Positions 27,039 to 37,255 are shown, counted from the first letter of the stretch. The stretch is DNA of 64,000 nt from Longimicrobiales bacterium (GCA_965202805.1 OZ241869.1:2976001-3040000), one strand, 5' to 3'. Numbers and translations: made by a program. Notes: generated from the letters alone by a model not told the origin.

Positions 27039-28079
27039 TTGCTCAACTACATCTGGGCGGCACTGCTGGTCTCGGCGTTCGTCTTCGCGGGCGTTTCGGA
27101 CATTCGCGATCTGAGCCGGGACACCTACCGCAACGGGCAGCCGCTCCCGCTGGTACTGGAGTTTCCCGAGGGCACCGCCGCCAGCGATGGGCGCACGCCG
27201 GTGCGGATTCACATCAACGCCGGGGTCTACCAGGACTTCTACGCCACGGACGAGAGCCCCGTGGCAAGCTACGACGGCGTCCTGCTGCGCACGGACGAGG
27301 GAATCGTGCTGCGCTTCGATGCGGGAGCCGCGCTGCCCGAGCCGCTTGAGACGATCCGGGGCGTGTCGCGCTCGAACGACGACGAGCTTCAGGGGACCGT
27401 CGAGGGTTTCCTGTCGCCCGTGCTGGGCCTGGGCGACGATCCCACGGCCGCTCAGGCATCCGTGTTGTTCGAGCCGGTCCGCTTCGTGAAGATGACCGCC
27501 ATCGGGGCCGCGGCGCTGGACTTCGCCGAGACCGCCGCCGGCATCGCGATCGGGCTGATCGGGGTGCTGGCGCTCTTCCTGGGAGTCATGAAGATCGCCG
27601 AGGAGGCGGGCATCATCTACGCCATCGTGCGCGTGGTGCGTCCGGTGCTGCGACCGCTCTTCCCCGAGGTCCCCGAGGACCATCCGGCCCTCGGCATGAT
27701 CGCGCTCAACCTGACGGCCAACGTGTTCGGGCTGGGCAACGCGGCGACGCCGTTCGGCATCAAGGCCATGGAGGAGCTGCAGCGGCTCAACCCGAGCGAG
27801 GACACCGCCACCAACCCCATGGTGATGCTGCTCGCCATGAACACCGCCAGCGTGCAGCTGGTGCCCCCGGTCCTCCTGCTCGCGCTCCTCGGACTCCAGA
27901 TCAACCGGCTCATCTTCGCCATCATCATCACCACCGGGCTCTCGCTGCTCGTGGCGATCGTGGCGGCCAGGCTGTATGGGAAGCTGCCGGGTTCGCGTGC
28001 GTCGGATCCCGACCGGACGCGGCCGTTCGGGGAAAAACCGCGGGAGGCCGGCCGGGATTCCCGGCGCGGGGAGGGCTGA
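27039..28079 (+). CDS. spmA: Spore maturation protein A-like (Gate/nucleoside recognition domain)
   Basis: MLNYIW start; ANVFGLGNAATPFGIKAMEELQ, NTASVQL. Confidence 0.88.
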   Translation: MLNYIWAALLVSAFVFAGVSDIRDLSRDTYRNGQPLPLVLEFPEGTAASDGRTPVRIHINAGVYQDFYATDESPVASYDGVLLRTDEGIVLRFDAGAALPEPLETIRGVSRSNDDELQGTVEGFLSPVLGLGDDPTAAQASVLFEPVRFVKMTAIGAAALDFAETAAGIAIGLIGVLALFLGVMKIAEEAGIIYAIVRVVRPVLRPLFPEVPEDHPALGMIALNLTANVFGLGNAATPFGIKAMEELQRLNPSEDTATNPMVMLLAMNTASVQLVPPVLLLALLGLQINRLIFAIIITTGLSLLVAIVAARLYGKLPGSRASDPDRTRPFGEKPREAGRDSRRGEG

Positions 28080-28080
28080 G

Positions 28081-28623
28081 ATGGAGGTCGCGCGCGAGCT
28101 GATCGGGCTCTTCTCCGCCTTCGTCATCCCCGTCATCCTGATCGGTTTTCCCCTGTACGGGCTGTACAAGCGGGTGCCGGTCTATGAGACCTTCGTCGAG
28201 GGGGCGAAGGAGGGATTCGGGGTGGCGGTGCGCATCATCCCCTACCTCGTGGCCATCCTGTTCGCCATCGGCATGTTCCGCGCCAGCGGGGCCATGGAGG
28301 CGCTCATCGCGCTGCTGAATCCGGTGCTTGCGCCGATCGGCTTCCCGGCCGAGGTGCTGCCCATGGCGATCATCCGCCCGCTCACCGGCTCGGGATCGGC
28401 GGGGCTGGTCGCGGACATGGTGGCCCGGTACGGGGAGGATTCCCTGTTCGTCAAGATGGCCGCGGTGATGTTCGGCTCGACCGAGACGACCTTCTACGTC
28501 GTGGCCGTGTACTTCGGCGCGGTCAACATCAAGCGCACCCGGCACGCCATTCCCGCCGGGCTCACGGCCGACATCGCCGCGATGCTGTTCGCGGTCTGGG
28601 TGGTGCGGCTGCTGTTCGGGTAG
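28081..28623 (+). CDS. spmB: Spore maturation protein B-like
   Basis: VYETFVEGAKEGF, RPLTGSGS, GSTETTFYVVAVYFG. Confidence 0.92.
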   Translation: MEVARELIGLFSAFVIPVILIGFPLYGLYKRVPVYETFVEGAKEGFGVAVRIIPYLVAILFAIGMFRASGAMEALIALLNPVLAPIGFPAEVLPMAIIRPLTGSGSAGLVADMVARYGEDSLFVKMAAVMFGSTETTFYVVAVYFGAVNIKRTRHAIPAGLTADIAAMLFAVWVVRLLFG

Positions 28624-28653
28624 GCGCTACCGCATTATTGCCAGGAGGGTGAC

Positions 28654-31600
28654 ATGATGCGTCGACCGGGCCCCTGGATCCTCTTCGGCCTCCTCAGCGT
28701 CGCCGGCATTGTCGTCGCGATTCGGTTCTTCCCGGTCGCCTTCCCCATCGTCACGCTGGATCTGGCCATGGACCGCGAGGCCGCCGTTTCCCGGGCGGAC
28801 ACCCTGGCTCGGGAGTACGGATGGGACCCGCCGGACGCGCGCACGGCCGCCACCTTCGGCCAGACGGACCCCGAGGTACAGTCCTACGTCGAACTGGAGG
28901 CGGGAGGGCGAGACGCGTTCGTCGGGCTGGCCGAGCGCGGCATCCATCAGCCGTACGTGTGGACGGTGCGGCGCTTCCAGGAGGGAGCGGTCGAGGAAAG
29001 CCGGGTTCGCTTTACGCCGGCGGGCGAGCCGTACGGGTTCCGCCTTCGCCTCGCCGAGGACGATCCGGGAAGCGGCAACCTCGCCGAGGCGGAGGCTCGA
29101 GCCGTCGCCGAGGAGACGGCGGCGGAGTGGGGGGTCGATCTCCCGGATTTCGAACTCCTCGAGTCGTCCGAGGAAACGCAGCCGGGCGGCCGCGTGGATC
29201 ACACGTTCGTGTTCGAGCGGATCGACGCGACGGTGGAAGACGGCCGCTTTCGGCTTCGGATCCGGGTAGCGGGGAACCTGGCCTCCGAGCTTGCCCACTT
29301 CGTCTACGTGCCCGAGGCCTTCTCTCAGCGCTACCGGGACATGCGGTCGAGGAACGATGCGATCGCGTTCGCATCGCAGTCGGTCTTCGTCGTGCTCTTC
29401 CTGCTTGTCGGAGGCGCGGGCGGCACGGCTTTCCTCATGCGCAAGCGCATGGTCGTCTGGCGTCCGGCCCTCGCCTGGGGCGCCATCACCGCCGTCCTGC
29501 TCGGTCTGGGGATCGTGAACACCCTCCCGCTGAGCTGGATGAACTACGACCCGGCCGTCTCGATTCAGACGTTCCTGGCCCAGCAGATGGTCCTGGCGGG
29601 CGCGACCGCCGCCCTCGGCGCTCCGCTGCTCGCGTTCATCTACCTCGCGGGGGAGTCGCTCGGCCGGCGTGCGTTCCCCGGTCACCTCCAGCAGTGGCGA
29701 TTCTGGTCGCCCGAGGTGGCGGCCTCCACGCCCGCTCTCGGCCGCACCGCGGGCGCGTACCTGCTTCTGGGAACGCAGCTCGGCTATGTGGTGCTCTTCT
29801 ACCTGGCCACCTCCCGGCTCGAGGGCTGGTGGTCTCCCGCCGAGGCGGTCCTCCAGCCCGACCTGCTGGCGACGGCGCAGCCCTGGCTGGTGGCGGTCTC
29901 GACTTCGCTCTTTGCCGCGTTCTGGGAAGAGAGCGCGTTCCGCGCCATCCCCATCGCGTGCGCGGCCCTGCTGGGGGCGCGCTACGGACGGAAGAGCCTC
30001 TGGATCTGGGGCGCGGTGGTGCTGCAGGCCGTCGTCTTCGCGGCGGGTCACGCCAACTACCCTCAGCAGCCGGCCTACGCCCGGGTGGTGGAGCTCACGG
30101 TTCCCGCCCTGCTCTGGGGCGTGATCTACCTCCACTTCGGCCTCGTGCCGACGATCATCTCCCATTTCACCTACAACCTCTCGCTGCTCTCGATTCCGCT
30201 CTTCGCTTCGTCCGCGCCCGGCATCCTCCTGGACCGGGTCGTTGTGGTGGCGGCCGGGCTGGCTCCGCTGCTGATCGTGGCCAGGGCGCGGCTGAAGGCC
30301 GGTGCGCGCGCGAAAGCGCCAGAATGGGCGTACAACCGCGCCTGGAAGCCGCCCGCGGCCGAGGAGCCGGAACCGGACGCGGGGAGGGACGCAGCCGAGT
30401 CGCCCGCACTGGGGGGCTCCCCGGCGGCCCGGGGATTCCTCTCGCGGCGCAAGCTGGTGTACGCCCTGGGTGCGATGGGCGTCGTAGCGTGGGGTGCCGG
30501 AGCGTTCACGGACGGCGACGGCGCCCCCCGGTTGACGGCGACCCGCAGCGAGGCGATCGGCGCGGCCCTGGACACGCTGGAGCAGCGCGGGCACGCCGTT
30601 GAGTCGTGGACAGCCCTTGCCCAGGTGGTGTCCGGCCGGGGAAACGACGACCGGTACGTCTTCGACGAAGCCGGCCCGGAGGTATACGAAGGCCTCGTCG
30701 GGACCTATCTGCCCGGACTCCGCTGGGTCGTACGTTTCGTGGACTTCCAGGCCGACCCGGAACAGCGTGTCGAGCAACTTCACGTTCATCTCGACCCGGC
30801 GGCCGGCCCGGTTCGGCTCCGGCATATCCTCCCCGAGGCACGTCCCGGCGCGCGGCTCGAGGAGGAAGAGGCGCGAGCGGCGGCGCTCGATGCCCTCGAG
30901 GCAAGGTACGGCATGGACCCGGAGTCCATCGAGGAAGTCGGCGCGGTCCAGACGGCGCGTCCGGAGCGCACGGACTGGCGATTCACCTTCGAGGACCGCG
31001 CTGTGCTCCCGGAGGTCTCCGGAGAGGGGCGGCTGGCGGTGGTGCTCGCCGGCGACGACGTCGTGGACATGACCCGCTTCGTGAACGTGCCCGAGGAGTG
31101 GGAGCTCGCCCGGGCGGACGGCGAGGCGCTCCGGAACCTGGTGAACCTGTGTGCCGGACTGTTGCTCGTGCTCGGCTTTGCCGGGGCATGCATCCTGTCG
31201 GTGGTCACGTGGGCGAGACGCGGGCTGAATACGCGGTTGTTCGTCCGGGCTGCCCTGCTCGCCGCGGTGGCGCTGGGCCTCGGACAGGCGAACTCCTGGC
31301 CGGAAACCGAGGCGATCTTCTCGCCGGCGCAGCCGTGGGGCCTGCAGGCGGGGGCTGCGGCCTTCGCGGGCTTCCTTCTGCTCCTTTTCGGATCGGCGGC
31401 GATCGGTCTGGGGGCCGCGCTCGCGCACAGATGGCTCGGAGAGGAGCGGCGAGGGCAGGCCGAGCTGCCGGCATCGAGCCCGCTCGCCCTGGCGTTGGGC
31501 GCTGCCCTGCTGGGGGTCGTTGCGCTCGGAGACCGAGTCGCCGGAGGGCTTCCCTCGTGGCCCGACGTCTCCGGGGCCAACTCGTTCATCCCGACCCTGG

Positions 31601-32034
31601 CCGAGCCGCTCGGGGCGGCCACCGGGTTTCTCTTCGGCACGACGGGATTGCTCCTGATGAGCGGCCTCGCGCTGAGGTCGGGCGCCCGCCTCCGCTGGCG
31701 CATCGCGCTCTGGGTCGTCGCGCTGGCGGCCGGGGTCTTCTTCGTTCCCGGGCTGCTGGAGGAATCGGTTCTCACCTGGGTGCCCGCCGCCCTCCTGGGG
31801 GGAGCCGTCTTCTTCGGACTGGCCCGTCTCGGCGCAGCGGCGCCCGCCCTGATGCCAGGCATCGTCGGAACTCTGATGTGCGCCGACCTCCTCGTGCAGA
31901 TCGCAACCGGACCGTATCCGGGCGCGAGGCCGGGCGGCGTGCTGGCGGTCATCGCAGTGGGCGCGCTTGTCGCCGGGTGGATGCGCGAGATGCACACCAC
32001 GCCACCGGTATCGCGGCAGCGGCAGACAGGGTGA
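28654..32034 (+). CDS. Large CPBP (Abi/CAAX) intramembrane glutamic endopeptidase
   Basis: WEESAFR, FAAGHANY and HFTYN motifs; many TM segments. Confidence 0.82.
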   Translation: MMRRPGPWILFGLLSVAGIVVAIRFFPVAFPIVTLDLAMDREAAVSRADTLAREYGWDPPDARTAATFGQTDPEVQSYVELEAGGRDAFVGLAERGIHQPYVWTVRRFQEGAVEESRVRFTPAGEPYGFRLRLAEDDPGSGNLAEAEARAVAEETAAEWGVDLPDFELLESSEETQPGGRVDHTFVFERIDATVEDGRFRLRIRVAGNLASELAHFVYVPEAFSQRYRDMRSRNDAIAFASQSVFVVLFLLVGGAGGTAFLMRKRMVVWRPALAWGAITAVLLGLGIVNTLPLSWMNYDPAVSIQTFLAQQMVLAGATAALGAPLLAFIYLAGESLGRRAFPGHLQQWRFWSPEVAASTPALGRTAGAYLLLGTQLGYVVLFYLATSRLEGWWSPAEAVLQPDLLATAQPWLVAVSTSLFAAFWEESAFRAIPIACAALLGARYGRKSLWIWGAVVLQAVVFAAGHANYPQQPAYARVVELTVPALLWGVIYLHFGLVPTIISHFTYNLSLLSIPLFASSAPGILLDRVVVVAAGLAPLLIVARARLKAGARAKAPEWAYNRAWKPPAAEEPEPDAGRDAAESPALGGSPAARGFLSRRKLVYALGAMGVVAWGAGAFTDGDGAPRLTATRSEAIGAALDTLEQRGHAVESWTALAQVVSGRGNDDRYVFDEAGPEVYEGLVGTYLPGLRWVVRFVDFQADPEQRVEQLHVHLDPAAGPVRLRHILPEARPGARLEEEEARAAALDALEARYGMDPESIEEVGAVQTARPERTDWRFTFEDRAVLPEVSGEGRLAVVLAGDDVVDMTRFVNVPEEWELARADGEALRNLVNLCAGLLLVLGFAGACILSVVTWARRGLNTRLFVRAALLAAVALGLGQANSWPETEAIFSPAQPWGLQAGAAAFAGFLLLLFGSAAIGLGAALAHRWLGEERRGQAELPASSPLALALGAALLGVVALGDRVAGGLPSWPDVSGANSFIPTLAEPLGAATGFLFGTTGLLLMSGLALRSGARLRWRIALWVVALAAGVFFVPGLLEESVLTWVPAALLGGAVFFGLARLGAAAPALMPGIVGTLMCADLLVQIATGPYPGARPGGVLAVIAVGALVAGWMREMHTTPPVSRQRQTG

Positions 32035-32072
32035 TACGCGACAGGGACACATCCAGGGTTCCCGGGAGAGTC

Positions 32073-33602
32073 ATGCACTATCACCTGATCGGGATCGCGG
32101 GCACGGCGATGGCTTCGCTCGCGGGCCTGCTGCGCGCGCAGGGCCACCGGGTGACGGGCTCCGACCAGGGGGTCTATCCTCCCATGTCGCTGATGCTCGA
32201 CGACCTGGGCATCGAGTACGCGAACCGGTACGATCCGGCCAACCTGGCCACCGCTCCGGACGTGGTCGTGGTGGGCAACGCGATCAGCCGGGGCAACCCG
32301 GAACTCGAGCAGGTGCTGGACCGGCGGCTGCGCTACACGTCCGCGGCCTCGGTGATCAAGGAGCAGTTCCTGGCCGGCCGCCATGTGGTCGCGGTGGCGG
32401 GCACCCACGGCAAGACCACCACCGCGAGCCTGGTCGCCTGGCTGCTCGAGGCGGCGGGGCTCGCCCCTTCGTTTCTGATCGGCGGGATCGCGGAGAACTT
32501 CGGCATCTCGTTCCGGCTCACGGACTCCGAGTTCTTCGTCATCGAGGCCGACGAGTACGACACGGCGTACTTCGACAAGGGCCCGAAGATGTGGCACTAC
32601 CTGCCCTGGACGGCGGTGGTGAACAATGTCGAGTTCGACCACGCGGACATCTTCCGGGACGATGTCGCCTACCGGTTCGCCTTCGAGCGCTTCATCAACC
32701 TGGTGCCGCGGGCGGGCACGCTGGTGGCGGGCTGGGACTCCCCGGCGCTGCGCGGGATGTGCGGGGAGGCCCGTGCGCCCGTGCAGTCGTTCGGCATCGG
32801 CGATTCACGGTGGGAGATGGCGGCGGAGACGGTGGCCGGCGGCGAGCGTTCGGGTGAAGGCGGGACGTCCGGGGAGCGGGCCGCCACTCCTTCGCATCCG
32901 CGCTGGCGGGCGGAGCGGATACGCTACGGCGAAGGCTGCACCCGCTTCGCGGTCCGGCGGGACGGCGAGGTCGCCGGGGAGGTGGAGATGCAGCTCGCGG
33001 GGGACTTCAACGTCCTGAACGCCCTGGCGGCGATGGCGGCGGCGGCCGCGGCGGGCGCGCGCTGGGACGCGATCCGCGAGGGGCTGCGCACCTTCCGGGG
33101 CGTCCGCCGCCGCATGGAAGTTCGGGGGGAGGCGGGGGGCGTCACCGTGGTGGACGACTTCGCGCACCACCCCACCGCGGTCGCGGCCACCCTGCAGGCG
33201 GCGCGGCAACGGTTCCGCGGCCGGCGGCTGGTCGCCGTCTTCGAACCCCGCAGCTACACCGCCCAGCGGCGCGAATTCCAGGAGGCCTACGGGGCGGCGC
33301 TCGCCAACGCCGACCACGCCATCGTGGCCGGGCTCTTCCGGCCCGAGCGCTACGACGACGCGACCCGGCTGGACCCCGCGCAGCTCATCACATCGCTGCG
33401 CGCCCTGGGGGTCGACGCCGACTACGAACCCGCCGTCGACGGCATCGTGCGCCGCATCGTCCGCGGAGCGCGGCCGGGCGATGTCGTGGTGATCATGTCC
33501 AACGGGGGCTTCGGAGGCATACACGAGCGGCTTCTGGCCGGGCTGGGCTCGGAGAAATCGGCGCATCGCGCGCAACTCGGCGGGGGCGGGGCGGGCGCAT
33601 GA
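32073..33602 (+). CDS. mpl: UDP-MurNAc:L-Ala-gamma-D-Glu-mDAP ligase (murein peptide ligase)
   Basis: GIAGTAMASLA, VYPPMS, GNAISRGNPE, GTHGKTTT, EADEYDTAYFDK, DDFAHHPT, MSNGGFGG. Confidence 0.93.
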   Translation: MHYHLIGIAGTAMASLAGLLRAQGHRVTGSDQGVYPPMSLMLDDLGIEYANRYDPANLATAPDVVVVGNAISRGNPELEQVLDRRLRYTSAASVIKEQFLAGRHVVAVAGTHGKTTTASLVAWLLEAAGLAPSFLIGGIAENFGISFRLTDSEFFVIEADEYDTAYFDKGPKMWHYLPWTAVVNNVEFDHADIFRDDVAYRFAFERFINLVPRAGTLVAGWDSPALRGMCGEARAPVQSFGIGDSRWEMAAETVAGGERSGEGGTSGERAATPSHPRWRAERIRYGEGCTRFAVRRDGEVAGEVEMQLAGDFNVLNALAAMAAAAAAGARWDAIREGLRTFRGVRRRMEVRGEAGGVTVVDDFAHHPTAVAATLQAARQRFRGRRLVAVFEPRSYTAQRREFQEAYGAALANADHAIVAGLFRPERYDDATRLDPAQLITSLRALGVDADYEPAVDGIVRRIVRGARPGDVVVIMSNGGFGGIHERLLAGLGSEKSAHRAQLGGGGAGA

Positions 33603-34537
33603 TCTCCCGGGACCCCTCGCCCCCACCGCTCCGCCCGCGAGCGCTTCGCCCCGGGGCGCGCGTGGCGCTGGTGGCTCCGGCGGGGCCGCTCCAGCCCGGT
33701 GTCCTCGACCGGGCCCGCGCACGCTGCCGGAAGCTCGACCTGGAGCCGGTCGCGTATCCGGCGGCGACCCGCCGCCGGAGCTACCTGGCCGGGAGCGACG
33801 ACGAGCGGCTCGCGGACCTGCAGGCAGCCTTCGACGACCCCGCGAACGACGCCGTGTGGGCGCTCCGGGGCGGGTACGGGACGCTCCGCATCCTCGACGG
33901 GCTGGATCTCGCGCGGCAGCGTCGCGCGCCCATTCCCTTCATCGGCTTCAGCGACAACACCAACCTGCATGCCCTCCATGCCCGGGCAGGTGTGATCTCC
34001 TTCCACGGGCCGCATCCCGGGGCCGACTTTCCCCCGGAGACCGAGGCCTCCTTCCGCGCCGCGCTCTTCTCCGGAGAAGCCCCCGGGCGGCCGCCGACCC
34101 GGCGCGACGACCCCGCTGCCCAGGCGCTGGTGGGTGGCGCCGCGGAGGGGAGGCTGATCGGCGGAAACCTCGCGATCCTGGCGTCGCTGTGCGGATCGCG
34201 GGATACGATCCTGGCCCGCGGCCGCATCCTTTTTCTGGAGGACGTGGGGGAGCCCGCCTACCGGGTGGACCGAATGTTGCAGCAGCTCCTCCGGGCCGGC
34301 GCCCTCGACGGCGTCGCGGGGCTTGCCTGCGGCCGGTTCACAGGGGTACGCGAGGGGACGGACGACATCGCCGCCGTGCTCGCCGAGTTTGCCGTGCGGC
34401 TCGGCGTGCCTGCGGTTGCCGGCCTTCCCTTCGGCCATACCGAACACAACTGCACCCTCCCCGTCCTCGCCAACGCGCGCCTGGACGCGGATGCGGCCAC
34501 CCTCACGGTGACGGAACCGGCCACTCGGCCGAGGTGA
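33599..34537 (+). CDS. ldcA: LD-carboxypeptidase (S66)
   Basis: RGGYG, GFSDNT, GGNL, LEDVGE, FGH catalytic motifs; ATGA overlap with mpl. Confidence 0.93.
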   Translation: MISRDPSPPPLRPRALRPGARVALVAPAGPLQPGVLDRARARCRKLDLEPVAYPAATRRRSYLAGSDDERLADLQAAFDDPANDAVWALRGGYGTLRILDGLDLARQRRAPIPFIGFSDNTNLHALHARAGVISFHGPHPGADFPPETEASFRAALFSGEAPGRPPTRRDDPAAQALVGGAAEGRLIGGNLAILASLCGSRDTILARGRILFLEDVGEPAYRVDRMLQQLLRAGALDGVAGLACGRFTGVREGTDDIAAVLAEFAVRLGVPAVAGLPFGHTEHNCTLPVLANARLDADAATLTVTEPATRPR

Positions 34538-34633
34538 GCCTGACAGTCGCTCCCATCCCCTGAGCCGCGCGCACGCCGTGGGCCGAATGAGTACCTTGTG
34601 GGGCACAACGAGCCGCTATTCGGAGATCCATAG

Positions 34634-37231
34634 ATGACACTACGAGGACTGCTGGCGGGGACGCTCGCCGGGCTCCTTGCCGCCAGTTGCGGCGGAGACG
34701 GCGGCACGGTCGATCCGGTCCCGCTGCCACCCGCTCCGACCGGTACGGTCATAGGCCAGGTTACGGTCGAGGGCGCGCCGCTTCCGGGCGTGCTGGTGAC
34801 GCTGAGCGGCGCCGCCACCCAGTCGACCGCAACGGGCGCGGACGGCGGGTTCCAGTTCGTTTCCGTACCCGCGGGGTCGCACACCGTCACGCTCGCGAGC
34901 GGGATCCCCAACGAGGTGACCTTTTCCCGGACCACCGCATCGGTCACCATCTCGTCGGCCGGGCAGCAGGTGCGCGCGGACTTCCCCGGCGAGTATCTGC
35001 GCACTTCTTCGATCAGGGGCAGGGTGCTGGCCGTGACCCAGGGCAGTCAGCCGGAACCGGTGGCGGGCATCGCGCTTCGCATGACGGGCCTGCAGGAGTT
35101 GGCGGACACGACGGACGCCAGCGGCCGCTACGAGTTCGTGGCGCTTCGGGCCGGCGAGTACACGGTATCCCTCCTGACCACCGCCGGTTTCGCCTTCGAT
35201 GCGACCAGCTTCACCCGGACCCTGTCGACCGGGCAGAACCTCCAGCACGACTTTGTCGGCGCCGCCGACCTCTTCATCGCGACCGAGTCGCTGAAGACCG
35301 GCCGCGTCGCCATCCCCTATTCGCAGCAACTGACGGCGCGCGGCGGCACGACCGAGGGTCTCGTGTGGAGCCTCGAGGGGGGAACGCGCCTCCCCGAGGG
35401 GCTCGCGTTCACGAGCAACGGGCTGATCACCGGGACTCCGGCGGCCACGGGCTTCACGGAGTTCCGCGTCACCGTGACCAATGCCCAGGGGAGACGGGCG
35501 AGCGCGGCGCTGTCCCTGCGCGTATGCGAGGGGGCGCTGGGCCTTGACGAAGGGGACTACCAGGTCTTCACCGCGGGCGAGCGCGGGGAGTGCGGCTTCT
35601 TCGTCCAGGCTCCCCGGGCGGGTGCCTACTACCGGGTGACCATGGTGGGAACCGAGACCTTCACCAGTCCGCGCGTCGAAGACGTGGAACTCAGCGTCGA
35701 AGGAAGCTTCACGGCTCCGGCTGCAGGAGTGGTAGCGAACTCGGAGGCGCCGGCACGCCGAACGCCGCAGGAGGCAACCTCGATCGGGGGACCCTGGCTC
35801 CAGGAGTTGCTCGAGCGGGAGCGCGACTATGCCGAGGCCCATGCGCGCCTGCGCCGGAGCGAGGCCGCACTCATGGAGCGCCTTTCGGCGGAAGGGCCCG
35901 TGCCGATCCTCCCGGATCTCTCCCAGCAGGCGGCCCGGACGACGGGTGGCGGAGCCGGGCGCGGCCGGGCGCCCGAGGAACTCGCCTTCCGGCTCGGAGA
36001 CGCGTTCGGCGGCACCTGCACCGTGGACACCACCGTAACCGGAAGACTCGTCGCCGAGAACGAATACCTCGCCTTCTACCAATACCAGACATCCGTTTCG
36101 CCCGATCATGTGCGGGAGATCCTCGACTACTATGCCGATTACGGGGAAGAGGTGATTCAACGTTATTTCGCGGGCGTGAGCGACGTGAACGGAGACGGTA
36201 TCGTGAACGTCCTCATCCGTCCCGAACTGCGGGGCAACACCCGGGCCTACGTGTGGTCCGCCGACATGACGCTCTCACGGACCTCATGTCCGGCGTCGAA
36301 CGAAATGGAGCTGATCCACGTCGACGGCGAGAGCATCGCCGACATCGCCGGCGGCGACTACTGGGCGCTCGGCACGATCGTGCACGAGATGAAGCACGTG
36401 AGTTCGCTGTACAAGGGATTCCGCAGGAGAGCGTCCGGACGGTTCCAGCCCTTTTGGATCGAGGAGGGCACGGCCGACATCGCCAAGGAAGTATCGTCAC
36501 GCCTGGCCTGGCAGCGGGCGGGCGGTCCCGCAATGAGTGATCGCGTGACGGCGGACCATCTGCGTTCCGCGATCCGAGCCTCGGGCGGCAGGGCGAGGGC
36601 CGAGGCCTACGGCGTCTTCACCACGATGGCGCGCACGGTGTGGGCGTTCGCGCCGGATTCGAGCGCGGTGACCTTCCAATACGGAGATGGAGAGGTTGGG
36701 GACGTGTACGGGTCCGGCTGGCATTTCCACCGCTTCCTGCGGGACTGGGTGATCGGAACCGGTTCGGCCACCGCGGACGCGCGCTTCATGCGCGTGCTCA
36801 ACGACTCGCTCACCGCGTCCGGGGTCGAGGGGGTGGAAACCGTGACCGGGAGGCCGATCGAGGAGCTGCTCATCGAGCACGCAGTCGCCATGACCTTCGC
36901 CGGCAGCGAGAGCGTGGCGGGTGCCGATGTGCCGCACTTTACCACCTACGACTTCCCGACCGCCACGGAGGTCTTCAGTCAGCCCGACCCGCCCGGCTTC
37001 TATCCCTGGCCGGTCACCACCACCGGCGAGGACGACGACGACGACTTCGCGCCGATTTCCGTGCCCCTGGCGACTTCCGGCACACGCACCTTCACCGGGC
37101 GGCTGGGCGCCAGCGGCGTCCGCATCCACGACTTTCGCGCGCGCGGTGCCGGGAACGGGGCCGCGTTCTACTACGACATCCCGAGTTCCGCCCGGGTGAT
37201 CGTGGCGCGTATTTCCGAGCCGGATCCATGA
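34634..37231 (+). CDS. Lipoprotein with beta-sandwich/Ig (He_PIG-like) domains and a zincin metallopeptidase
   Basis: LAASC lipobox; two carboxypeptidase-regulatory-like domains; LPEGL..GLITGTP; HEMKH..WIEEG. Confidence 0.75.
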   Translation: MTLRGLLAGTLAGLLAASCGGDGGTVDPVPLPPAPTGTVIGQVTVEGAPLPGVLVTLSGAATQSTATGADGGFQFVSVPAGSHTVTLASGIPNEVTFSRTTASVTISSAGQQVRADFPGEYLRTSSIRGRVLAVTQGSQPEPVAGIALRMTGLQELADTTDASGRYEFVALRAGEYTVSLLTTAGFAFDATSFTRTLSTGQNLQHDFVGAADLFIATESLKTGRVAIPYSQQLTARGGTTEGLVWSLEGGTRLPEGLAFTSNGLITGTPAATGFTEFRVTVTNAQGRRASAALSLRVCEGALGLDEGDYQVFTAGERGECGFFVQAPRAGAYYRVTMVGTETFTSPRVEDVELSVEGSFTAPAAGVVANSEAPARRTPQEATSIGGPWLQELLERERDYAEAHARLRRSEAALMERLSAEGPVPILPDLSQQAARTTGGGAGRGRAPEELAFRLGDAFGGTCTVDTTVTGRLVAENEYLAFYQYQTSVSPDHVREILDYYADYGEEVIQRYFAGVSDVNGDGIVNVLIRPELRGNTRAYVWSADMTLSRTSCPASNEMELIHVDGESIADIAGGDYWALGTIVHEMKHVSSLYKGFRRRASGRFQPFWIEEGTADIAKEVSSRLAWQRAGGPAMSDRVTADHLRSAIRASGGRARAEAYGVFTTMARTVWAFAPDSSAVTFQYGDGEVGDVYGSGWHFHRFLRDWVIGTGSATADARFMRVLNDSLTASGVEGVETVTGRPIEELLIEHAVAMTFAGSESVAGADVPHFTTYDFPTATEVFSQPDPPGFYPWPVTTTGEDDDDDFAPISVPLATSGTRTFTGRLGASGVRIHDFRARGAGNGAAFYYDIPSSARVIVARISEPDP

Positions 37232-37255
37232 TTTGGCCACGCACGGGAGGCACCG

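Noticed and set aside
27039..28623. Sporulation capacity implied by spmAB
   Set aside because: The family also occurs in non-sporulating bacteria; no other sporulation genes are present, and outer-membrane proteins are.
28627..32052. Very long antisense or alternate-frame ORFs (also 6301-9045, 14352-17051, 17595-20717, 46526-49294)
   Set aside because: Shadow ORFs expected from high GC3; Arg/Pro/Gly-rich with no motifs.
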